Shown one piece after another: positions 60,401 through 64,000 of a DNA stretch of 64,000 bases. A model generated the notes under the pieces. That model was not told where the DNA came from and did no database searches. It was given only the letters and a program-made list of their open reading frames with translations. This stretch comes from Heptranchias perlo (Eukaryota). The position numbers and the translations under genes were made by a program. Each line of letters begins with the position of its first letter. The stretch's first letter is position 1. The stretch spans positions 56,730,001 to 56,794,000 of the forward strand of contig NC_090331.1 in the NCBI RefSeq assembly GCF_035084215.1. Direction: 5' to 3'.

Positions 60401-63390
60401 CTCTTATATTCTATGCCTCGGCTAATAAAGGGAAGTATCCCGTATGCCTTCTTAATCACCTTATCTACCTGTCCTGCTACCTTCAGGGATCTGTGGACAT
60501 GCACTCCAAGGTCCCTCACTTCCTCTACATCTCTCAGTGTCCTCCCATTTATTGTGCATTCCCTTGCCTTGTTTGCACTCCTCAAATGCAATACCTCACA
60601 CTTCTCTGGATTGAATTCCATTTGCCACTTTTCTGCTCACCTGACCAGTCCATTGATATCTTCCTGCAGTTTACAGCTTTCCTCCTCACTATCAACTACA
60701 CGGCCAATTTTTCTATCATCTGCAAACGTCTTACTCATGCCCCCTACATTTAAGTCCAAATCATTAATATATACCACAAAAAGCAAGGGACCTAGGTCTG
60801 AGCCCTGCAGAACCCCACTGGAAACAGCCTTCCAGTCACAAAAACACCCGTTGACCATTACCCTTTGCTTCCTGCCACTGAGCCAAATTTGGATCCAACT
60901 TGCCATTTTCCCTTGGATCCCCTGGGTTGTACTTTTTTGACTGCCAGTTTTTCAAGAGACAAATTAAAAACCTTCCGGTTTTGAGAAACAGTGGATATTT
61001 AAGATAAATGACCGTTTAATTAAAATGATCATAAGGACAGATTTCACTGCATTCAAAATATATCTACTGGGTATATGTTTAGTTATTAGAAGAAAAGCAT
61101 AAAATACCAATGCTCCATAAAGTGATACATATAAAGCATACTAAATTTATTAGTTCTACAGAAATTGCAATTACTTGAATATTGCATTTGACAAAATGTA
61201 AAAATATCTTTAAGTAAAGATATATAAAAAAATGGCTGAATACAGCTTCCAAAAATGATGAAAATGAGATAATCATAAATAAGAAGCAGCTGTTTTAGGA
61301 AACAGTCTTTAATCAGGATGTTTTAATCAAAGTACTATGCAATAAATATGATTACTTTTATGCAAAATATGCAAACCAAGATTAAGAAAAATATTCTTTG
61401 AATTAACAAGAATTAGGCTAACAAGAATTTAGAACTATCTAACCCGTAACAAGAAACATTGCCTCTACTAAAAGCTTTAAAAGCTATCACTAGTTTTATG
61501 TAAAGTAACCATCAGTTTTGCTTACCAGCAATTTGCAATATTATAACACTCCTTACCTTTTACTGTTAATGATGCTGAGCAAGAAACACTTCCAGCTTCA
61601 TTTGAAGCTGTACATTCATAATTTCCTGCATCTTTCAGTTTGGTTTTCAAGATTTCTAGAACTGCTATCTTGTCTTCAAATTTCATTTTATAATCTTTGC
61701 TAGAGCGAAGTTCTAATCCATCTTTTTTCCATGATATTTTTACTCCTGTGTCTTCGACTACTTGACATTCAAGATGTGTACTGCTATTAATTATAGTTTG
61801 GGTAGATTCAAGGCTCCTGGCAATGTGTGGTTTGTCAAGTACTATCAGGTCAGCTGTGCAGATATCAGTGCCACAGTCATTGGTCACTTTGCAAAAATAG
61901 GTTCCTTTGTGCTGAACCTTTAAGTTATTAATTTCTAAAACACGCTTGTTGTCTTTAGTTGATATTTTGTAGTTCTCTTCATCAGTAACATCAACACCAT
62001 TCTTTTGCCAAATGGTATGGATCACAGGTGATCCAGCCACTGTGCACTCAAGTCTTGCAGTTTTACCCACAAATGTCGTAACTGACTCCGGTCTAGTTAT
62101 AAAGCTTGGTGGGGAAAGTTCTACAAAAGAAACATCTTAGTTAGGATTTTCATTTACTGAAGGCTTTGAGAAAGTACTCATTTAGGACTGGTATGTTGCT
62201 CTAATTTACTTAAAGAAAATAATTGTAAACAATTTTACAACACCAAGTTATAGTCCAACAATTTTTATTTGAAATCTACAAGCTTTCGGAGGCTTCCTCC
62301 GTCCTCAGGTAAATGTCACATTTACCTGAGGAAAGAGGAAGCCTCCGAAAGCTTGTAGATTTCAAATAAAAATTGTTGGACTATAACTTGGTGTTGTAAA
62401 ATTGTTTACAATTGTCAACCCCAGTCCATCACCGGCATCTCCACATCATAAAGAAAATAAGAAAGACAAAAGAAAACAGATGACATTGATATTCTTAGCT
62501 GCATTTGTTGCAGCATTTAGATAGCTTACCATCAAAAAATTAAAACAGACTCATTTTCAAAACAATTTTATCTGGGTAGCAAAATTGGTTACTGTGAGGT
62601 GACTGAAGGAACATTTGAATTCAAAGTGAAATATTTTTCTTATAAAGGTGAAGTAATATATATGGAGGGACAAAAATCTTCTTGTAGTATAATTTCAAAG
62701 TTCATAAATCTTTCAAAAAATAATATTACACCAGTGAAACAGCTATAGAAACCTATTGCAGTAATTTGTTGCAATGGTTTGTTAATGCTTTAGACACATT
62801 TTGTTTCATAAGTGAAGCAGAACATTTTTGTCAGTGTAAGAAAAAGCAACAATGGTTTTATAAAAACAAAGTCTAAAAGATGGTGGGCAAAATTATTATA
62901 TAGTGAAACACCTTTGCAAAATGTAAACATTTTTGATAATTAAACTGTGTAAAAATGTCAAAAAGTATATTGTTACTTTTGGAAGTGAGCAGTCATTTTG
63001 GGCAGATGTAAAGTAACTATAGATGTGAAACCATTCAAACTTTTTAAGAGCAGTCAAATTGAAAATTAATTGTTAAAATTAATCAAAACAATTAGAGCAT
63101 AACCTACTTACCAGTCACGATCAATTTAGCTGTGCTGCTTACACTGCCGCTCTGGTTTGATGCTCTGCAGGTGTATTCACCACAATCAATTAGCTGAGGC
63201 TTCAAAAGTTTCAAGGTGGAGATATATTTCTCGTTCACAATGCTGTACTTTTCACTATCACGAAGTTCAGCTCTTGCTCGGAACCACTGGAACCTCACAT
63301 CAGGAATAGGGTCAACCTCACATTCAAACTGAGCAGCATGTCCAACTATCACCTCCAGTAATTCAATCTTCCTCTTGAAAGATGGAGGCA
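382..63390 (-). CDS. TTN: Titin (connectin), partial multi-exon gene: I-band middle Ig segment, N2A element and start of PEVK; gene continues beyond both window ends
   Basis: More than 70 GT-AG exons on the minus strand encode I-set Ig domains (PPxF...C...W...D.G.Y.C...N..G). The N2A sequence is recognisable: [65 protein letters not shown]. Confidence 0.98.
1633..1656 (-). CDS. TTN: Probable titin 24-nt glutamate-rich micro-exon
   Basis: ttatag|AA GAA GAA TGG ATA GAA GAA AGA G|gtaaca = EEEWIEER; phase 1-1. Confidence 0.62.
1954..1998 (-). CDS. TTN: Titin small exon at PEVK entry (45 nt; possible 84-nt form to 1915)
   Basis: [15 protein letters not shown]; donor CAG|GTAAAA; a second in-frame donor AGG|GTATTG lies at 1914. 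Confidence 0.72.
2463..2489 (-). CDS. TTN: Titin 27-nt micro-exon after I83
   Basis: acag|AA ATC ATC TTA CAG CCC AGG AAA CCT G|gtgtgt = EIILQPRKP (human EIKLELKPP as recalled). Confidence 0.8.
2589..2666 (-). CDS. TTN: Titin N2A exon, I83 second part
   Basis: 78 nt; [26 protein letters not shown]; donor GTAGGT. Confidence 0.9.
2725..3570 (-). mobile_element. CR1 3' fragment interrupted by a MITE
   Basis: [28 protein letters not shown]; same family as 18377-18870. Confidence 0.85.
3034..3275. mobile_element. Foldback MITE (PIF/Harbinger-like)
   Basis: Long imperfect terminal inverted repeats GGGGGTGATTTTAAAC.../...GTTTAAAATCGCCCCC; apparent 3-bp target duplication ATC inside the CR1. Confidence 0.75.
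3657..3866 (-). CDS. TTN: Titin N2A exon, I83 first part
   Basis: 210 nt; [15 protein letters not shown]...[14 protein letters not shown]...[10 protein letters not shown]. Confidence 0.9.
4003..4263 (-). CDS. TTN: Titin N2A exon, I82
   Basis: 261 nt; EPIVEQHL...[16 protein letters not shown]...LETSADL. Confidence 0.92.
4351..4618 (-). CDS. TTN: Titin N2A exon, I81
   Basis: 268 nt; PIQLIKDIE...[19 protein letters not shown]...[12 protein letters not shown]. Confidence 0.93.
4733..4819 (-). CDS. TTN: Titin UN2A C-terminal exon
   Basis: 87 nt, phase 0-0; [29 protein letters not shown]. Confidence 0.9.
4958..5141 (-). CDS. TTN: Titin N2A unique sequence (UN2A) exon
   Basis: 184 nt (phase 2-0); [51 protein letters not shown]; donor GTGAGT. 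Confidence 0.93.
5490..5772 (-). CDS. TTN: Titin N2A exon: I80 and start of UN2A
   Basis: 283 nt (phase 1-2); [19 protein letters not shown]...DFRAKLK. Confidence 0.93.
6180..6269 (-). CDS. TTN: Titin N2A exon: linker and start of I80
   Basis: 90 nt; [29 protein letters not shown]; donor GTAAGT. Confidence 0.88.
7143..7339 (+). mobile_element. CR1 3' fragment with (TTCCTATG)n tail
   Basis: Reverse-complement match to 16920-17105; typical gaatggcctactcctg terminal motif. Confidence 0.85.
7832..8203 (+). mobile_element. 3' end of a CR1/L2-group LINE
   Basis: [19 protein letters not shown]...[10 protein letters not shown] is an RT C-terminus; followed by AATAAA and a short A-rich end. Confidence 0.7.
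8442..12162 (-). mobile_element. Near-full-length CR1-clade LINE, 5'-truncated within ORF1 and frameshifted
   Basis: ORF1 SGNH-esterase motifs ([22 protein letters not shown]). ORF2 APE motifs (YLNARSI, ITETWL, SDHN) and RT motifs ([22 protein letters not shown]). 3' tail (TTCTTATG)n at ~8442-8460. Confidence 0.93.
13662..13949 (-). CDS. TTN: Titin exon, I79-like Ig
   Basis: 288 nt; [28 protein letters not shown]...[16 protein letters not shown]; donor GTATGG. Confidence 0.9.
14097..14389 (-). pseudogene. TTN: Disrupted titin Ig exon (I78-like pseudo-exon)
   Basis: Acceptor at 14390-14391. Reads [34 protein letters not shown]... with an in-frame TAA at 14331-14333. The C-terminal strand is degenerate and runs into TGA at 14097-14099; no donor at the expected position. 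Confidence 0.85.
14827..20904 (-). CDS. TTN: Titin 10-Ig super-repeat (6-Ig core plus four extra domains; ten exons)
   Basis: Exons 20623-20904, 20238-20516 (absent from the ORF track; hand-translated and intact), 19847-20125, 19438-19716, 19046-19333, 16537-16815, 16154-16432, 15751-16029, 15294-15581, 14827-15114. Confidence 0.9.
16853..17975 (-). mobile_element. Nested CR1 3' fragments (inner copy 16920-17360)
   Basis: Outer tail (TTCTTATG)n, inner tail (TTCCTATG)n; 6-bp duplication CCGCTA at 16914-16919 and 17361-17366; [18 protein letters not shown]. Confidence 0.88.
18377..18870 (-). mobile_element. CR1 3' fragment
   Basis: Aligns by eye with 2725-3570 lacking the MITE; CR1 ORF2 C-terminal remnants. 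Confidence 0.82.
21371..23849 (-). CDS. TTN: Titin 6-Ig super-repeat 8 (six exons)
   Basis: Exons 23568-23849, 23168-23446, 22700-22978, 22274-22552, 21859-22146, 21371-21649. Confidence 0.92.
24473..28586 (-). CDS. TTN: Titin 6-Ig super-repeat 7 (six exons; near-identical to repeat 5)
   Basis: Exons 28305-28586, 26778-27056, 26326-26604, 25437-25715, 25025-25312, 24473-24751. Confidence 0.9.
25797..26215 (+). mobile_element. tRNA-derived SINE, LF-SINE-like (duplicate at ~34529-34947)
   Basis: B-box GGTTCAAATCC; core segments ATGTGAAATTAGTT and GAGGCACATT...GGGGCAG recall LF-SINE. Confidence 0.5.
27380..28062. mobile_element. GC-rich non-autonomous TIR-type element (diverged paralog ~36117-36742)
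   Basis: GC-rich island with ends GGAGGAATTTTAA / TTAAAATCAGTCC resembling the other GG..TTTTAA-ended elements here. Confidence 0.5.
28864..32582 (-). CDS. TTN: Titin 6-Ig super-repeat 6 (six exons; includes the chimeric junction exon)
   Basis: Exons 32301-32582, 31901-32179, 31420-31698, 30247-30525, 29392-29679, 28864-29142. Confidence 0.9.
29898..30110 (-). mobile_element. L2-type 3' fragment or derived SINE tail (paralog ~38571-38825)
   Basis: [15 protein letters not shown] motif; ends in GCTATATAAATGCAAGTTGTT. Confidence 0.7.
30556..31297 (-). mobile_element. Penelope-like element fragment (GIY-YIG end plus pseudo-LTR)
   Basis: [17 protein letters not shown] and EH...PVAWHFN...LQPSGLN; direct repeat CAATATAT at 30548-30555 and 31298-31305; absent from duplication copy R. 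Confidence 0.85.
33206..37259 (-). CDS. TTN: Titin 6-Ig super-repeat 5 (six exons)
   Basis: Exons 36978-37259, 35510-35788, 35058-35336, 34169-34447, 33758-34045, 33206-33484. Confidence 0.92.
37537..40509 (-). CDS. TTN: Titin 6-Ig super-repeat 4 (six exons)
   Basis: Exons 40228-40509, 39857-40135, 39391-39669, 38969-39247, 38065-38352, 37537-37815. Confidence 0.92.
40720..46003 (-). CDS. TTN: Titin 6-Ig super-repeat 3 (six exons)
   Basis: Exons 45722-46003, 45329-45607, 44898-45176, 44517-44795, 41262-41549, 40720-40998. Confidence 0.92.
41598..44218. mobile_element. GC-rich TIR element split by a CR1 nest
   Basis: Ends GGGGAGATTTAAC and GTTAAAATTCACCC; interior interrupted at ~42099-44086. 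Confidence 0.5.
42099..44086 (+). mobile_element. Nested CR1 LINE fragments (inner copy ~42385-43405)
   Basis: Outer copy: KFADDTK...ETQKVS continues as VQQAIRK at ~43407, tail TTCTTATGTTCTT. Inner copy has tail TTCTATGATTCTAT. Confidence 0.88.
46768..47120 (-). mobile_element. CR1 3' fragment
   Basis: [22 protein letters not shown]; TTCTATGA-type tail. Confidence 0.8.
48147..48785. repeat. Cluster of related AT-rich inverted and direct copies (foldback-like)
   Basis: GTGTAATTACA.A.TGACAAGTT... forward at ~48150 and ~48560, reverse complement ending at ~48517. Confidence 0.65.
48788..48972. mobile_element. Short hairpin MITE
   Basis: CCCTAAAATTCCACGGGGTTC / GAACCCCTGTGGAATTTCAGGG termini; internal TGGTGCAAA/TTTACACCA symmetry. 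Confidence 0.65.
49457..50110 (+). pseudogene. Decayed Myb/SANT-like (Harbinger accessory, NAIF1-like) coding relic
   Basis: KHNELF...[26 protein letters not shown] with stops, then [14 protein letters not shown]...[10 protein letters not shown] after a putative intron. Confidence 0.5.
50335..50465 (-). mobile_element. Very short CR1 3' end, same subfamily as the 8442 element
   Basis: Nearly identical to 8442-8572. Confidence 0.85.
52056..55862 (-). CDS. TTN: Titin 6-Ig super-repeat 2 (six exons)
   Basis: Exons 55581-55862, 55171-55449, 54755-55033, 53007-53285, 52596-52883, 52056-52334; same length pattern. Confidence 0.92.
53742..54577. mobile_element. Non-autonomous TIR element containing a CR1 3' end (54123-54247)
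   Basis: TGGCCCAGAAATTGCTGGA / TCCAGCAATTTCTAGGCCA termini. Confidence 0.7.
56085..59095 (-). CDS. TTN: Titin 6-Ig super-repeat 1 (six exons)
   Basis: Exons 58814-59095, 58409-58687, 57990-58268, 57601-57879, 57198-57485, 56085-56363; lengths 282/279/279/279/288/279, all phase 1-1. Confidence 0.92.
56580..56900 (+). mobile_element. Degenerate tRNA-derived SINE
   Basis: TGGCTCAG A-box-like and GGTTCAAT B-box-like motifs; TGCTGAGTTAGCTGATCT core with an inverted partial copy at ~56520-56546. Confidence 0.45.
59808..60940 (-). mobile_element. CR1 LINE 3' ~1.1 kb
   Basis: [42 protein letters not shown]; same subfamily as 42385-43405. Confidence 0.9.
61557..62120 (-). CDS. TTN: Titin exon encoding two Ig domains (I28-I29-like)
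   Basis: 564 nt open frame, acceptor ttgtag, donor GTAAGG; [11 protein letters not shown]...DKPHI...HLECQV. Confidence 0.93.
62221..62448. mobile_element. Penelope-derived palindromic element with hammerhead motifs
   Basis: 96-bp arms 62221-62316 and 62318-62413 with 2 mismatches; flanking direct repeat TAAAGAAAATAA at 62211-62222 and 62449-62460. Confidence 0.8.
62274..62314 (-). ncRNA. Minimal type-I hammerhead ribozyme motif (mirror copy on + at 62320-62360)
   Basis: AUUUAC-CUGAGGA-C-GGAGG-AAG-CCUCC-GAAA-GC-UU-GUAGAU: CUGANGA and GAAA core, 5-bp stem II, 6-bp stem I. Confidence 0.62.
63112..63390 (-). CDS. TTN: Titin exon, I27-like Ig (first middle-Ig exon after N2B in human)
   Basis: 279 nt, acceptor ctatag, donor [30 protein letters not shown]...[10 protein letters not shown] resembles human I27 as I recall it. 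Confidence 0.93.
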
Positions 63391-64000
63391 CTATAGATTT
63401 AAATAAAAAATATTGGATTGTAAAAAGATTGTAACAGTAAACTGTATTTTTTTAGCACAGGGCTTAGACGTGGCCCCCTGAAATTCAAGGATGGAGGAGG
63501 GAAGGGTGACAGAAACTAGCAATCCAAGGAGTGACTGTGGAGAAGAAATGATTGTTAAAAGATGTTAGCTGACCAGTAGTTGTGCTCAACGCAGTAAATG
63601 GTAACATTTCAATGAATGAAATTCAAGATTTACTGACATGTGTGGTGCCCATTGAAGCATGCAAAGTAATTGGTACATCTATGAAATGTTTTTTCCTAGA
63701 AAAAAAGTAGATGACAAAAAGGTGATATTAAGTTTTAGGAAGAAATGCAATGTTCAGTTGTCTTTTCGTTATGACAAAGTGGTGATAATGATAAAAATCT
63801 AGCAATTCCTCAAATGTGGATATGGGGATGAAAGCAATATTAAATATTCTGTTAGTAGAAACTTACAAAAACATGGCTGATGTTAATCAGTAGTTAATGT
63901 TAAAGTACAAGAGGGCAAAAGAGAATAATATATTCACAGTAAGTTTCAAACATAGCATTAAGTTTTAAAGGCTAATTATTATCTTTAAAATTATCTGCAG

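Noticed and set aside
13651-63391. Reading the ~90-130 aa Ig ORFs as separate small genes or a prokaryotic operon
   Set aside because: They are GT-AG exons of constant phase; ORF starts and stops fall in intron sequence.

Overview
Eukaryotic (vertebrate) genomic DNA, most likely from a cartilaginous fish, judged from its CR1/L2/Penelope repeat content. The whole window lies inside the titin (TTN/connectin) gene on the minus strand. In transcription order (right to left) it holds the I27-like exon, the I28-I29 double-Ig exon, eight 6-Ig super-repeats, one 10-Ig super-repeat, a broken I78-like exon and an I79-like exon. These are followed by the N2A element (I80, UN2A, I81-I83) and the first small exons leading into PEVK. 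I placed exon boundaries by hand from GT/AG sites; all middle-Ig exons are symmetric phase 1-1. Introns carry nested retroelements (near-full-length CR1, CR1 3' ends, an old L1 relic, Penelope, SINEs) and Harbinger-type MITEs. Main points of interest: (1) a 12-exon, ~8.7-kb tandem duplication with a chimeric junction exon and patchy homogenisation; (2) 8x6+1x10 super-repeats versus 3x6+3x10 in human; (3) a stop-codon pseudo-exon just before N2A; (4) an intronic 96-bp-arm palindrome carrying minimal hammerhead-ribozyme motifs on both strands; (5) inverted CR1 pairs and UCUU-rich tails that could affect splicing. Domain names are by recalled similarity to human titin; no database search was run.
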